From positions 53,155 to 117,154 of the forward strand of contig JAQCBZ010000001.1 in NCBI GenBank assembly GCA_027621355.1: a DNA stretch of 64,000 nt, written 5' to 3'. The stretch is from Bacteroidota bacterium (GTDB lineage: Bacteria > Bacteroidota > Rhodothermia > Balneolales > Balneolaceae). Below are positions 30,910 through 41,994 of this stretch, piece by piece (position 1 is the stretch's first letter; each line of letters begins with the position of its first letter). Both the position numbers and the translations under genes were made by a program. Under the pieces are notes generated by a model, which did not search any database, was not told the DNA's origin, and saw only the letters and a list, made by a program, of their open reading frames with translations.

Positions 30910-32049
30910 ATGTCTACCACGTCTCTTTTTACCTCTGAGTCCGTTTCCGAAGGGCACCCAGATAAAGTTTCCGATCAAATCTCCGACGCCATACTAGACG
31001 CACTGTTAGAGCAAGACCCTAACTCTCGTGTGGCTGTAGAAACGCTCGTCACTACAGGGCTTGCCGTTGTGTCTGGAGAGGTCACCACCAATGGATATGT
31101 CGACGTTCAGGACGTGACAAGGGATGTGATCAAAGAGATTGGCTATACAAAGGCTTCATACCGTTTTGATAGTGAGAGCTGTGGGGTGATTACGACTATT
31201 CACAAGCAAAGCCCTGACATTGCCATGGGTGTCGACCGCGAGGGTGCCGGTGACCAAGGAATTATGTTTGGGTATGCGACTCGTGAGACTCCCGAGTTAA
31301 TGCCCATGACACTTCAATACTCTCATGACATCCTCAAAAAATTAGCGCACATCCGTAAAGAGACCTCTTTGATGCCTTACTTGGGGCCAGATAGCAAAAG
31401 CCAAGTCACTGTAGAATACAATGAAGATGGGTCGCCCAAGCGAGTTCACACCCTTGTCGTATCCACTCAGCATGATGATGGTGTAGAGCAAGCCCAGATT
31501 CAGGAAGATATTAGGAAGCACGTCTTTTCGGAGGTTATCCCCTCTCACCTTATGGATGACGAGCTCATACTGCACATTAATCCGACCGGTAAATTTGTCA
31601 TTGGTGGCCCTCATGGGGACACGGGGCTCACGGGTCGTAAAATCATCGTGGATACTTATGGGGGTCGTGGCGCTCATGGCGGCGGGGCTTTTTCAGGGAA
31701 AGATCCTTCCAAAGTAGACCGATCCGCAGCCTATGCTGCTCGTAATGTAGCCAAAACGATCGTCGCTGCAGACCTCGCCGACGAGTGCTTGGTTCAATTA
31801 TCCTATGCTATTGGTGTGGTAGAGCCTATTTCCATCCATGTCCACACGTATGGGACAGGCAAAGCTTCCGATATCGCATTATCAAATGCCATTCCAAAAG
31901 TCTACGACCTAACCCCTTCGGGGATTATTCGGGCATACGACTTAAAGCGCCCAATCTACCGACAAACCGCGGCGTATGGGCACTTCGGCCGTGATGAATT
32001 TCCATGGGAGAAGGTCACAAAAGCAGACGAGCTCCATAACGCATTATAA
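30910..32049 (+). CDS. metK: S-adenosylmethionine synthase
   Basis: [28 protein letters not shown]. Confidence 0.97.
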   Translation: MSTTSLFTSESVSEGHPDKVSDQISDAILDALLEQDPNSRVAVETLVTTGLAVVSGEVTTNGYVDVQDVTRDVIKEIGYTKASYRFDSESCGVITTIHKQSPDIAMGVDREGAGDQGIMFGYATRETPELMPMTLQYSHDILKKLAHIRKETSLMPYLGPDSKSQVTVEYNEDGSPKRVHTLVVSTQHDDGVEQAQIQEDIRKHVFSEVIPSHLMDDELILHINPTGKFVIGGPHGDTGLTGRKIIVDTYGGRGAHGGGAFSGKDPSKVDRSAAYAARNVAKTIVAADLADECLVQLSYAIGVVEPISIHVHTYGTGKASDIALSNAIPKVYDLTPSGIIRAYDLKRPIYRQTAAYGHFGRDEFPWEKVTKADELHNAL

Positions 32050-34707
32050 AGACGGGCCAAACACCACCGCATTGACGGTGAGTCTTTGAGTCCCCATCCA
32101 AAACGCTCGGAAATTCGGATTATCAGCAAACAAGATCACTTGTCCTCTGCCGCTATTTTCCACCACAAGGGCTGCATGTCCTGTAATGGTTTCTTTCGAG
32201 TCAGGGTGCATGTATCCAGCCGCGAGTGGATTGTCTGTATAGACTAGCGGGGATGTATAAGGATTGTCTGGGACGACGAGCGCTCCATTAGAATTCTTAA
32301 ATAATGGCATCCAGCCGTCTTGTGTGTCGACGCCATACAACAGCGGGTGGGTGAAGTCCGCGTCGGCTTTAAAAATCGCTCCCCCTAGCGCCTTCGCCCC
32401 GCGGTCATTCGAAGCGTTGGCATATACTCCTCTTTCTGGGGTGTCCGTAGTTGACTCTGACTGGGTTGTTTCCGTAGAATGAAGCCCAGCACGTCTTGCC
32501 CAAGAGACAGCTCCCCGCTGCACAATCAAAGTGCCACCGCTGCGCACCCATGATTTCAAACCATCTACCCAAGGAGCATCAACAGAGCCTAAATAGGCTG
32601 TTGGTAGAAACACGTGGGTATAGGAGTCAAAAGACGAACCATTCAGCGATGTATTATCTAGAACCGTGACAGGAAGTTCCATCCGCTGATCAAACAAAAA
32701 CCATATCTCACCCGCTTCGTTACTGCTCGTTCCTTCCCCGCCAAGAATCGCAACTTTTGGTGCCTCAAGCGTAGCGATAGAGGGGCTTCCAAGGTCAATT
32801 CCATCGAATGCCAATCCACTGCTTACCTCATGCACAGACACATGAAATTCTTTTGCTGCCTCATCAATCACCTCTTGAACTTTCTCCTTTTCATGACTTT
32901 GCAGTCCATATGGAATCCAAATGGAGCCTGGGTCTAGAGATAACGTTTCATTTCCATGCCGCACTGTGGATCCTTTCATTAAGGCTTTGGTGTGAATGCC
33001 TTCTCCCTGAAGATGGAATAATAGTGCGGGGGCATAGTAATCGTCCCAAGCAAACACAGCACCTACAGCATCTGACGATGGTAGAACTTTTTTAAACTCA
33101 CCTTCAAGGTCTAGCCAATCTCCAGACCATTCAACAGAGCGGAGGCTTAAAGACTCATAGGCTCTGCGGTCCAGCTTCCCAAAAGGCACATCCATTGAAT
33201 AAGGAAGTGTCCAGGCGGAAACATCATAAAATAGAGAGTCTGAAAACTGTGTCGATTCATCAAATAAAGAGAAAATTAATCCCGCCTGAGGCTGTTCTGT
33301 TGGGATGACCCACGCCTCACCTGCTTCAAACGTTGCTCCATCTACGGTCACTTGTTGGGCCAGCTCAAAGAACTCTATTCTCTGGTGATCAAAAATATCG
33401 GCTATGTGCGCATTTTTCGAGCCATCTTTGGATGACCCTACGATATAGGCTTTCACCTCTTGGCTTTTTGCACGATCTACATTGAATGCCGCTGTAGTTC
33501 TCATAAAATCCAATAACTCAATACGCATGGACACCCCTGCTTCCCAGGTGCTTAGCGATGTCTCCACTTGATTTCGGATGGTTTCTGGGAACGAAAGCAA
33601 TCCGTTTTGTGAGTCTTGAAGGTGGCCACGAGAACTCGCCTGCTCAAATAATATCCCAATGGTCCCTTGCACGTCGGGAAATGTAGAGCCCTTCCCATAA
33701 TAGAAATCATCAAAGCTCTCTTTACTATAATAGAGTGAGCCTATATCGTCGAGGCGTTTTGCATGAAACTCCGCAATCTTGCCCGTCAGCGTCTGATTTA
33801 GAGAACGAGTCCCTGGATTTGTTCTAGACGGTATCCCAGGTTGAAAGAAAAACGTGCTATTTGTTCCCATTTCATGGTGGTCAGTCAAAATATTTGGTGG
33901 AAACGACTGAAATGCACGAATTCTGGCTCTACTCTCAGGTTGCGTTACAGGTAGCCAATCGCGATTCATATCAAACCAGTAGTGATTAGTCCGTCCTCCA
34001 GGCCAAATTTCATCATATTCCCGATGATTTGAATCCCCATTAGGATGCATTGATTTGTGCATATTTGCCCAGGTTGCAAATCGATTCAATCCATCTGGAT
34101 TGAGTGATGGATCTAGAATAATTATGGATTGATCTAACATTCTTTCCACTGTTGGCCCTTGGGCTGCGGCCAGAAAGTAGGCAACTGCCAACGCTGCATT
34201 CGACCCACTGGGCTCATTACCATGTATGGAGTAATTCATATTTATCACCACGGGCATCTCTTCCAAAGATAGACTCGAGGAAAGTTCTGGATCTCGAAGA
34301 TTTCGTTGATTCTGCTTGATCTGATCTAATCGAGCATGATTTTCTGGCGATGTAATGGTTAGTTGAACAATCGGTCTATCCTCATGTGTTTTCCCAATCT
34401 CTTGAAAAGTGACTCTGTCGCTCGTTTCAGCAAGCTCTTTCATGACCATCACAAGCTTGTCATGAGTTACATGCCATTTCCCAATTGGATGTCCCATCAC
34501 CTCTTCAGGTTTTACCACATCAGGATCATACGCTATCTCGGGTAGATACGCTTCCACAGCCGCACCTTCTTTTGCAAGCTCAACAGACGAGAAAGACCAA
34601 GGCTTTGAAAAGGGTAACGTTTGTGCTGACACGCTTTGAATTCCGAACAGTAGGACGATCCATAGTCCTGAATAGATAAAAAGGGATGTTTTTGAGTACT
34701 TTTTCAT
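32044..34707 (-). CDS. secreted M14-family zinc carboxypeptidase with large C-terminal region
   Basis: Zinc motif HGNEPSG (HxxE). Signal peptide [29 protein letters not shown]. Start trimmed from the 34830 ORF-track start. Confidence 0.8.
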   Translation of the reverse strand: MKKYSKTSLFIYSGLWIVLLFGIQSVSAQTLPFSKPWSFSSVELAKEGAAVEAYLPEIAYDPDVVKPEEVMGHPIGKWHVTHDKLVMVMKELAETSDRVTFQEIGKTHEDRPIVQLTITSPENHARLDQIKQNQRNLRDPELSSSLSLEEMPVVINMNYSIHGNEPSGSNAALAVAYFLAAAQGPTVERMLDQSIIILDPSLNPDGLNRFATWANMHKSMHPNGDSNHREYDEIWPGGRTNHYWFDMNRDWLPVTQPESRARIRAFQSFPPNILTDHHEMGTNSTFFFQPGIPSRTNPGTRSLNQTLTGKIAEFHAKRLDDIGSLYYSKESFDDFYYGKGSTFPDVQGTIGILFEQASSRGHLQDSQNGLLSFPETIRNQVETSLSTWEAGVSMRIELLDFMRTTAAFNVDRAKSQEVKAYIVGSSKDGSKNAHIADIFDHQRIEFFELAQQVTVDGATFEAGEAWVIPTEQPQAGLIFSLFDESTQFSDSLFYDVSAWTLPYSMDVPFGKLDRRAYESLSLRSVEWSGDWLDLEGEFKKVLPSSDAVGAVFAWDDYYAPALLFHLQGEGIHTKALMKGSTVRHGNETLSLDPGSIWIPYGLQSHEKEKVQEVIDEAAKEFHVSVHEVSSGLAFDGIDLGSPSIATLEAPKVAILGGEGTSSNEAGEIWFLFDQRMELPVTVLDNTSLNGSSFDSYTHVFLPTAYLGSVDAPWVDGLKSWVRSGGTLIVQRGAVSWARRAGLHSTETTQSESTTDTPERGVYANASNDRGAKALGGAIFKADADFTHPLLYGVDTQDGWMPLFKNSNGALVVPDNPYTSPLVYTDNPLAAGYMHPDSKETITGHAALVVENSGRGQVILFADNPNFRAFWMGTQRLTVNAVVFGPSL

Positions 34708-34756
34708 AATGAATAATGGTTGGAGTAGAACGTCTTCTTTGGTGTCCATAATTGAT

Positions 34757-35767
34757 TTAATCGTGGGATTCAATGGACCCACAAACCCATGCATTGGTTT
34801 CATTCTTTTTGGCAATTGATAACACTGCATCTACCGATGTTTCCGGGACGATAGCCATACAACCAAGACCTAGATTAAATGCTTTTCTCATCTCGGCTTC
34901 TTCAATATTTCCCGTCTTTTGTATGAGTGAAAAAATGGGATTCCACTGCCAGCTTTGCCAGTCCATCACAAGTTTTTGTTCTTTGGATAGCACACGTGAG
35001 GTATTCCCTTCAATTCCACCTCCTGTAATATGAGAAAAAGCATGCACTTCTGTCGATTCTAAACACTCATGAATAATCCCCAAATAGGATTTATGAATGT
35101 GAAGAAGTGCTTCACCAACACTTTCCCCTAGCTCAACCACTCTATCGGCTACATCATATTTTTCAAATAGAACTTTACGAGCTAGTGAATATCCATTCGT
35201 ATGCAATCCTGTAGATTCAAAGCCAACACAAACATCTCCTACTTGAACCTTAGATCCATTCAGTATTTTTGATTTGTCAACAATGCCAACAATCGTACCC
35301 GCTAAATCAAACTCACCCGCCTGATATAAATCTGGCATTTCAGCAGTTTCACCTCCAATAAGTGCAACACCATTTTCTTTGCATGCGACGGTAAAACCGC
35401 GTATCACATCTGTTGCTACAGCTGTTTCAAGATGACCCGTTGAGAAATAGTCTAAAAAGAAAAGAGGTTTTGCTCCACAAACGGCAATATCATTGATACA
35501 ATGATTCACTAAATCTTGACCTACTGTATCATAGATTCCCATTTTGAATGCCACCAAGAGTTTTGTTCCAACACCATCTACACTACTTACCAAAACTGGC
35601 TCATCGTATTGATCAAAGGGTGGCTGAAAGAGGCCACCAAAACCACCAATGGATGAAATCACGCCAGGGGTATGAGTTTCCTCAATAGAAGCTTTAATGG
35701 AAGAGACAAGTTCATCTCCTTTTTCAATATTGACACCAGCATCTTTATAGGTGAGAGGTTTCTTCAT
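34757..35767 (-). CDS. purM: phosphoribosylformylglycinamidine cyclo-ligase (AIR synthetase)
   Basis: YKDAGVNIEKGD, IGGFGGLF, and the PurM N/C domain pattern. ATG at 35767. Confidence 0.93.
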   Translation of the reverse strand: MKKPLTYKDAGVNIEKGDELVSSIKASIEETHTPGVISSIGGFGGLFQPPFDQYDEPVLVSSVDGVGTKLLVAFKMGIYDTVGQDLVNHCINDIAVCGAKPLFFLDYFSTGHLETAVATDVIRGFTVACKENGVALIGGETAEMPDLYQAGEFDLAGTIVGIVDKSKILNGSKVQVGDVCVGFESTGLHTNGYSLARKVLFEKYDVADRVVELGESVGEALLHIHKSYLGIIHECLESTEVHAFSHITGGGIEGNTSRVLSKEQKLVMDWQSWQWNPIFSLIQKTGNIEEAEMRKAFNLGLGCMAIVPETSVDAVLSIAKKNETNAWVCGSIESHD

Positions 35768-35773
35768 ATACAC

Positions 35774-36137
35774 TTATCCACAGGCTTTAATGTTGTTTAA
35801 AAGGTATTAAAAAAAACCTTTGTAATAGTAGGGAGGTTCATTTCGGTGGATAAGCATGTTATTCACAAACACAATTTAATATCTGAACAACAGGTGGATA
35901 AATGGGTGGATAAAAGAACCCCTTATTGTTGTCTATTATTCAAAAACAATAGATTTCACACGCTTACACATAATTTATACATTTATAAAGCTTTACAATT
36001 CTAGTGTTGATGATAAAAGGGTTTGAGGGTGTGGACAACGAACCAATAATGTGGATAGTTTGGTATTGTGCATCTTGCTTTCAAATTTCCCACAACTTCT
36101 CCACACAGAGAACCTACTTGTTCACAGGTCATTCACA
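35774..36137. promoter_or_regulatory. DnaA-box cluster with AT-rich tract (candidate oriC or other DnaA-binding locus)
   Basis: One perfect TTATCCACA at 35774-35782. Seven one-mismatch boxes: 35845-35853, 35859-35867, 35893-35901, 35905-35913, 36030-36038, 36050-36058 and 36097-36105, on both orientations. Weaker boxes at 36086, 36118 and 36129. AT-rich tract at ~35920-36000. Confidence 0.6.
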
Positions 36138-36159
36138 CGTCAAAAACCCCAATTAAACG

Positions 36160-36597
36160 ATGAAAGTAGTCCTACAAAGAGTTAAAAAAGCAACGGTTTC
36201 TCCTGAAGGTGAAACGCAAAGAAGCATTGACCAAGGCCTTCTTTTATATGTTGGGTTTGGACATCATGAAACTGCGGAAACCCTCCAGTGGATGTGCCAA
36301 AAAATATGTAAGCTCAGGGTTTTTTCAGATCAAGAGGATAAGATGAACCTTTCTGTGGAAGATGTGAAAGGGGATTTAATGATTATTTCTCAATTCACAC
36401 TTTATGGAGAAACAAAGAAAGGAACTCGACCAAGCTTTATACAGGCTGGTCCTCCAGACAAATCCAAAATCTGGTATCAACAGTTTATACAGCTTTGTAA
36501 AGAAAGCGGCCTACGCGTCGAATCTGGAACGTTTGGGGCACATATGGAAATAGACTCCATAAACGATGGACCGGTAACCTTACTCATAGAACGATAG
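36160..36597 (+). CDS. dtd: D-aminoacyl-tRNA deacylase
   Basis: 145 aa. MKVVLQRVKKA...SQFTLYG...GPVT is typical of Dtd. Confidence 0.92.
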   Translation: MKVVLQRVKKATVSPEGETQRSIDQGLLLYVGFGHHETAETLQWMCQKICKLRVFSDQEDKMNLSVEDVKGDLMIISQFTLYGETKKGTRPSFIQAGPPDKSKIWYQQFIQLCKESGLRVESGTFGAHMEIDSINDGPVTLLIER

Positions 36598-36615
36598 AGA
36601 TAGGGCGTTCTATGA
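36584..36615. terminator. hairpin between convergent dtd and adk (possible bidirectional terminator)
   Basis: 10-bp stem: tcatagaacg (36584-36593) pairs with cgttctatga (36606-36615). It overlaps the dtd stop codon. The flanking T-tract is weak. Confidence 0.35.
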
Positions 36616-36634
36616 GATAGATTTTCCCAGTTGC

Positions 36635-37195
36635 TTATAGGGAGTCTATCACCGACTGAATGCGAGAAAAGACCTCTTCTACAGTCCCAATTCCAAGAAT
36701 AGAGTATACCGTCCCTTTAGATTCGTAGTATCCTTTAACGGGTGTTGTCTCTTTCTGATACACATCTAAGCGATGTTGAATTTTTTCCTCTGTATCATCG
36801 CTTCTTCCCTCCCCTCTTGAGAGTAATCGCTGCAAAAGCACGTCATTAGGAACATCAAGCATAATGAAGGCATCGATGCTGGCATTGACCTCCTTCATCA
36901 CATCTTGTAACCCTTCAGCCTGAGCAACTGTCCTGGGAAAGCCATCAAAAACCACACCCTTTTCAAACGCTGGTTTTTGGAGTTCTTCTTTCACCATATC
37001 CAATACAATGGAGTCAGGGACAAGCTCACCAGCATCAAGGATGGATTTCACTTGCTTGCCAAGAGACGTTTCGTTGCTTATGTGAGCACGAAACAAGTTT
37101 CCAGTGGAAAGGTGGCCCAGGCCGTACTCGAAACATACAGACTGAGCTTGTGTACCCTTTCCAGCACCTGGTGGTCCAAATAATACCAGGTTCAT
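36635..37195 (-). CDS. adk: adenylate kinase (short lid, no zinc motif)
   Basis: P-loop GPPGAGKGTQ; 186 aa. Confidence 0.93.
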   Translation of the reverse strand: MNLVLFGPPGAGKGTQAQSVCFEYGLGHLSTGNLFRAHISNETSLGKQVKSILDAGELVPDSIVLDMVKEELQKPAFEKGVVFDGFPRTVAQAEGLQDVMKEVNASIDAFIMLDVPNDVLLQRLLSRGEGRSDDTEEKIQHRLDVYQKETTPVKGYYESKGTVYSILGIGTVEEVFSRIQSVIDSL

Positions 37196-37197
37196 AC

Positions 37198-37557
37198 TTA
37201 GGACTCCTTGTTTGGATCGCGCTCAGCGATACGGGCCGCTTTACCCGTTAAGTTGCGTAAGTAGAAAAGTTTGCTACGACGCACCTTTCCGTATTTCTTC
37301 ACTTCAATTTTCGCAATAAAAGGGCTGTAAAGTGGGAAAACACGCTCTACTCCAATGCTTCCTGACATTTTGCGAACGGTAAATGCCTGATTAGATCCGC
37401 TCCCCTTACGGTTCAAAACGACACCTTGGTATTGCTGAATCCTCTCTTTATCACCCTCTCTAACACGATAATGTACATTTACCGTGTCACCTGAGTTAAA
37501 GTCAGGGATATTTTCGTTGTTAATCACCGTCTTTTCGACGATATCTACTTTGTTCAT
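37198..37557 (-). CDS. rplS: 50S ribosomal protein L19
   Basis: 119 aa. [22 protein letters not shown]...GVVLNRKG. Confidence 0.95.
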   Translation of the reverse strand: MNKVDIVEKTVINNENIPDFNSGDTVNVHYRVREGDKERIQQYQGVVLNRKGSGSNQAFTVRKMSGSIGVERVFPLYSPFIAKIEVKKYGKVRRSKLFYLRNLTGKAARIAERDPNKES

Positions 37558-37578
37558 ACGGTTCTCCTTGTCAAAGGA

Positions 37579-38277
37579 TTATGGTTTTGATTGATACTTT
37601 TCAAACAAATCGGGTCGGACCCGCTTTGTAAGCTCTTCTGCTTGTTCTTGTTTCCACTGGCGGATTCGTTCGTGATCACCAGAACGCAATACATCTGGTA
37701 CTTCGTGCCCTCTAAAGGAGGATGGTCGCGTGTAGACAGGCCCCTCCAGCAAACCATCTTGAAAGGAATCTGTCATAGCACTATCCACATCGTTGAGAGC
37801 ATTGGGCAACAGCCGAACAACGGCATCCACAATGCATAATGCGGGAAGTTCTCCTCCAGAGTAGACAACATCACCAAAAGAGTACTCTTTGGTGATTAAG
37901 TGATCTCTAACTCGTTGATCTACCCCCTTATAATGACCACAAAGGAGGATGAGGTGTGATTCCAAAGAAAGCTTTGTTGCCTCTTCTTGATCAAAGGGAG
38001 CACCCTGTGGGCTTGTATAAATCACAAGGGGCTTTGTTTGCCCAGACTCCTTCTGTATGTGTTCCACGGCATCAAAAATTGGCTGTGGCGTAAGAACCAT
38101 ACCCGCGCCACCTCCGTAAGGAATGTCATCAACCTTATTATGTTTGTCCGTGGAGTACTCATGCAAATCGTGTGTTTGAATGTCCACGAGGCTGCGCTCT
38201 TGTGCCCGACCTACGATACTATGAGTAAGAGGGCTTTGGAGCAAAGAGGGTACCGCGGAGAGCAAATCTATTCTCAT
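37579..38277 (-). CDS. trmD: tRNA (guanine37-N1)-methyltransferase
   Basis: [10 protein letters not shown]..., [25 protein letters not shown]. Confidence 0.95.
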   Translation of the reverse strand: MRIDLLSAVPSLLQSPLTHSIVGRAQERSLVDIQTHDLHEYSTDKHNKVDDIPYGGGAGMVLTPQPIFDAVEHIQKESGQTKPLVIYTSPQGAPFDQEEATKLSLESHLILLCGHYKGVDQRVRDHLITKEYSFGDVVYSGGELPALCIVDAVVRLLPNALNDVDSAMTDSFQDGLLEGPVYTRPSSFRGHEVPDVLRSGDHERIRQWKQEQAEELTKRVRPDLFEKYQSKP

Positions 38278-38843
38278 GGCGCCTCCTCCAGAAACATTTC
38301 AAGGTTCGTGCCCTGCAACACCTCCGAGCTGTCTAGCTGCAAAAACTCTTCAATGAAGGGGACCGAGATCTCCTCACCAGAAATATGCTCTATGAGAACA
38401 ATAGGGTGAGCGGGCGTTTCGTCTTGGCGCAGAACAAGTCCAAAAAAGGCACCATCATTGTAGACCCTTAGGCCGATTAACGATTCTTCTTCTGCGGATT
38501 GATCCAATGCTAGACTCCACTCGTCGGTTGCATCTACCCATAGAGATTGATCTCTAAGAGCGTCTGCTTGATCTCTACTTTGAATCCGATCCAGTTTGAG
38601 AAAGAACATTGCTCCTTTAGAGGCCGAAGCACCCTTCTGGAGCGTGAGTTTTTCGATCCTGTGAGGAACAAACTCCCCTCGACTTGATCGAAGATACCCA
38701 GTTAAGCCCGTTGCTAAATTTTGTTCAGCACCGGGTCTGGGGAAAAAACGACATTCACCATGAAGCGAATGGCTCTTTCCAAAGTGTCCCACTTCAAGAT
38801 AGGGGGATGTGTCTCCTCCCGGCTTTAGCGGACTGACTGTCAT
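38274..38843 (-). CDS. rimM: 16S rRNA processing protein RimM
   Basis: 189 aa, lying between rpsP and trmD as in the conserved operon. [12 protein letters not shown] resembles the RimM N-terminal motif. Confidence 0.8.
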   Translation of the reverse strand: MTVSPLKPGGDTSPYLEVGHFGKSHSLHGECRFFPRPGAEQNLATGLTGYLRSSRGEFVPHRIEKLTLQKGASASKGAMFFLKLDRIQSRDQADALRDQSLWVDATDEWSLALDQSAEEESLIGLRVYNDGAFFGLVLRQDETPAHPIVLIEHISGEEISVPFIEEFLQLDSSEVLQGTNLEMFLEEAP

Positions 38844-39535
38844 GCTTCAGGCGCGTCTTTTTTAGACTCTTCTTCAGCAGGCGCTTCCTCAGCAGGTGCG
38901 TCTTCAGCTTTTGGCTCTTCAGCAGGCGCTTCCTCAGCAGGTGCGTCTTCAGCTTTTGGCTCTTCAGCAGGTGCTTCCTCAGCAGGTGCGTCTTCAGCTT
39001 TTGGCTCTTCGGCCGTGGCCTCCACTACAGCGCCTTCCTCAGCAGGTGCATCCTCCGCAGCGGCCTCCGCCTCAGCCGGAGCCTCTTCCTTAGGCGCTTC
39101 AGCAGCTTCCTTCGCCTCTTTTGCTTTTTTCACAAGTTTGTCCTTAAAGGCCTTCTCTTCATCCTCAAGAATTTTAGCAAGTTGTTCCTTACGCGTCATG
39201 ACCTGGGCCATACGCTCATCTCGCCCTTGTTTCCATTCAGCGAGAGCTGCCTCAATCTCTTCGTCGGTTTTACCCCAACGCTGAAGGTGCATTTTTAGGA
39301 GAATACCTTCTCCTTTGAGCAAGTTCCTAACCTTGTCGGTTGGTTGGGCGCCTACACTGAGCCAATGCATAGCGCGAGACTCATCGATGAGGACATGTTT
39401 ATTCTCACTGACATTATCATACCGGCCGATTTGTTCAATAATGCGACCATCACGCGGCGAACGGCTGTCCGCAACGACGATATGATAGTATGGACGTTTT
39501 TTCCGTCCTTTTCGTTGTAATCGAAGCTTAATCAA
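38840..39535 (-). CDS. rpsP: 30S ribosomal protein S16 with ~140-aa Ala/Glu/Pro/Lys-rich C-terminal extension
   Basis: N-terminus MIKLRLQRKGRKKRPYYHIVVADSRSPRDGR is canonical S16. The C-terminus holds three EEPKAEDAPAEEAPA repeats. Confidence 0.93.
   Translation of the reverse strand: MIKLRLQRKGRKKRPYYHIVVADSRSPRDGRIIEQIGRYDNVSENKHVLIDESRAMHWLSVGAQPTDKVRNLLKGEGILLKMHLQRWGKTDEEIEAALAEWKQGRDERMAQVMTRKEQLAKILEDEEKAFKDKLVKKAKEAKEAAEAPKEEAPAEAEAAAEDAPAEEGAVVEATAEEPKAEDAPAEEAPAEEPKAEDAPAEEAPAEEPKAEDAPAEEAPAEEESKKDAPEA
38872..39006. repeat. 45-bp tandem repeat x3 inside the rpsP 3' region
   Basis: The units at 38872-38916 and 38917-38961 are identical. The unit at 38962-39006 differs at one base. 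A partial fourth unit follows. Confidence 0.95.
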
Positions 39536-39575
39536 AAGTTGACTCCTTTACGTTTATTTAGGGTTATGTGGTTGT

Positions 39576-40943
39576 TTACTGAAACATGTTTGGAAGTCCT
39601 TGTTTCCCCATTCCTGGAAGACTTGGCATTCCGGGAATCCCACGCCCCATGCCGCCAAGTTTGTTCATGGACTTCATCATTTTCTTCATCTGCTCAAATT
39701 GCTTCACCAGGTCATTCACGTCTTTTACTGTGTTACCTGAGCCAGAAGCGATCCGCTTTCGACGCGCGGCATTCAACAAGTCTGGATTTGCACGCTCTGC
39801 AAAAGTCATAGACTGTATAATAGATTCTGTTTTTTTGAATGCAGAGTCATCAATTTCTTGCCCGGCAAGCGCCTTTCCTGCCCCGGGTATCATCCCCACT
39901 AGCTCATTCAAGTTTCCCATCTTTTTGATCTTTTGGATCTGATCTAAGAAATCGTTGAGGTCGAAACTGTCCGACTTAATTTTTTTGGAGAGTGCGCGAG
40001 CCTGCTTCTCATCATACTGCTGCTGAGCCCTCTCCACAAAAGAGACAACGTCGCCCATGCCCAGGATCCGCTTGGCAAGGCGATCAGGGAAAAACGGAGT
40101 GAGGGCATCAAGCTTTTCGCCATCACTCAGGAAAAGAATAGGCTTATTCACCACAGAGCGAATGGATAATGCCGCACCCCCGCGAGTATCACCATCCATT
40201 TTGGTCATGACGACCCCATCAAAATCGAGGGTATCATGAAACTGTTTCGCGGTGTTGACTGCATCTTGACCGGTCATGGAGTCGACGACAAACAGGGTCT
40301 GTGACGCATTAACCTGACGATGAATGTCAGACACCTCCTCCATCAACGCTTCATCGACATGCATCCGACCAGCCGTATCAATAATGACCGTGTCGTATCC
40401 CAATGACTTAGCCACTTCTACCCCCTCTTTGGCCGCACGACGTGCGTCTTGTACATCTACAGAATGAACGGGGACGTCAATTTGACTTGCCAGTGTTTTT
40501 AACTGATCCACAGCGGCTGGCCTGTAGACATCCGCAGCCACCAAAAGAGGCTTTCTCCCTTTGTCTTGTTTGAGATGTCGAGCAAGTTTGCCAGAGAAAG
40601 TGGTTTTTCCAGAACCCTGGAGCCCCGCGACAAGAATGACTACGGGGGACTTTCCAGATAAATCTAACTCCTTGTGTTCTTCGCCGAGCGTAAACACAAG
40701 CTCGTCATAGACGATTTTTGTAAACTGTTGTCCAGGATTAACGCTCGTAAGGACATCTTGGCCAAGGGCTTTCTCTTGAACGTTTTGAGTAAAGGACTTT
40801 GCGACATCAAAATTGACATCAGCGTCGAGAAGAGCTCGACGAATTTCGCGGACCGTTTCAGCAACATTTAGCTCACTAATGCGTCCCTCGCCTTTCAGCG
40901 ACTGCAGAGCTCGGTCTAATTTGGAGGATAAATCTTCAAACAT
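39576..40943 (-). CDS. ffh: signal recognition particle protein Ffh
   Basis: GLQGSGKTTF, DTAGR, TKMDGD, and a Met-rich C-terminal M domain. Confidence 0.96.
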   Translation of the reverse strand: MFEDLSSKLDRALQSLKGEGRISELNVAETVREIRRALLDADVNFDVAKSFTQNVQEKALGQDVLTSVNPGQQFTKIVYDELVFTLGEEHKELDLSGKSPVVILVAGLQGSGKTTFSGKLARHLKQDKGRKPLLVAADVYRPAAVDQLKTLASQIDVPVHSVDVQDARRAAKEGVEVAKSLGYDTVIIDTAGRMHVDEALMEEVSDIHRQVNASQTLFVVDSMTGQDAVNTAKQFHDTLDFDGVVMTKMDGDTRGGAALSIRSVVNKPILFLSDGEKLDALTPFFPDRLAKRILGMGDVVSFVERAQQQYDEKQARALSKKIKSDSFDLNDFLDQIQKIKKMGNLNELVGMIPGAGKALAGQEIDDSAFKKTESIIQSMTFAERANPDLLNAARRKRIASGSGNTVKDVNDLVKQFEQMKKMMKSMNKLGGMGRGIPGMPSLPGMGKQGLPNMFQ

Positions 40944-41136
40944 AACTTTCTACGCACGAATGCGTTCCTTGGATTGAGCGATTACGGCGATGACGTTCGT
41001 GTCATTGCACACTCGCAAAAAGCAAAGTCTTAAAAGGTAAGGCAGTTTATGGGGATAAAAAAATGATTTATCGTTACCACCTTACCGTTTGGCGCGGTAT
41101 TTTGGCTTAAATGTACAGCACAACAAATACAGAGGA

Positions 41137-41994
41137 ATGATGGCTGAGGGATTATTAAAAGGAAAAAAAGGAATCATTTTTGGAGCACTGGACGAGCGAT
41201 CCATAGCCTGGAGGGTTGCGCTAGCGGCTCATCGTGAGGGGGCGCAGTGCGTGCTCACAAATGCACCGATTGCGCTACGGCTGGGCACGCTTAACGCATT
41301 ATCTGAAGAAATCAGCGCTCCCATTATCCCATGTGACGTGACGGATCAAGAGGCCATTGCAGATTTATTTGCCCAAACAAAAGAGCATTTTGGCACCGTT
41401 GATTTCATACTGCATGCTGTTGGGATGAGCCCGAATGTTCGAAAGGGGAAGGCTTACACAGATTTAAACTATACGTGGGTTCATCAAACACTGGACATCT
41501 CGGCAATGTCTCTTCACCGAGTGCTCCAACAAGCCACTCAAGATGAAATGCTTAATGATGGGGCAAGCGTCGTGGCGCTCAGCTACATCGGGGCTCAGCG
41601 TATTTTCTCAAAGTACTCAGACATGAACGACGCAAAAGCGTTACTGGAAAGCATCGCAAGGAATTTTGGTAGTAGATTGGGCAAAAGAGGCATTCGTGTG
41701 AACACAGTCTCGCAAGGCCCTACAAAAACATCCGCTGGAACTGGAATTAAGGGATTTGATGGAATGTTCACCTTTGCCGAAAAAATGGCCCCCCTTGGAA
41801 ACCCTACCGCAGACGAATGTGCAGATTATTGTATGACGCTTTTTTCGGACTACACACGAATGGTCACGATGCAAAACCTCTATCATGATGGTGGATTTGC
41901 TACATCGGGAATTTCAGAGGAGCTAGTGGAGGCGTTAGAGAAAGCGTTCAACGAAGAGACCGGCACAAACGAAGGGACAGGTAAAGGCGGATGA
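41137..41994 (+). CDS. fabI: enoyl-[acyl-carrier-protein] reductase FabI
   Basis: LKGKKGIIFGALDERSIAW, and a SYIGAQR...K catalytic Tyr/Lys pattern. Start trimmed to MMAEGLL. Confidence 0.88.
   Translation: MMAEGLLKGKKGIIFGALDERSIAWRVALAAHREGAQCVLTNAPIALRLGTLNALSEEISAPIIPCDVTDQEAIADLFAQTKEHFGTVDFILHAVGMSPNVRKGKAYTDLNYTWVHQTLDISAMSLHRVLQQATQDEMLNDGASVVALSYIGAQRIFSKYSDMNDAKALLESIARNFGSRLGKRGIRVNTVSQGPTKTSAGTGIKGFDGMFTFAEKMAPLGNPTADECADYCMTLFSDYTRMVTMQNLYHDGGFATSGISEELVEALEKAFNEETGTNEGTGKGG

Noticed and set aside
34708-34830. N-terminal 41-aa extension of the M14 peptidase ORF, overlapping the purM 3' end
   Set aside because: The internal Met at 34707 begins a textbook signal peptide, so the extension is most likely untranslated.
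34757-37557. Lower G+C stretch covering purM, dtd, adk and rplS, considered as a horizontally acquired island
   Set aside because: A few hand-counted lines give about 30-43% G+C, against about 50% elsewhere. However, the content is core housekeeping, including a ribosomal protein, and there are no repeats, integrase or tRNA boundaries.
38896-39284. Plus-strand ORFs (65 and 89 aa) rich in Leu/Gln/Ala/Ser, opposite the rpsP tail
   Set aside because: They are mirror-image artefacts of the GC-rich 45-bp tandem repeat. The minus-strand frame continues a canonical S16 domain.
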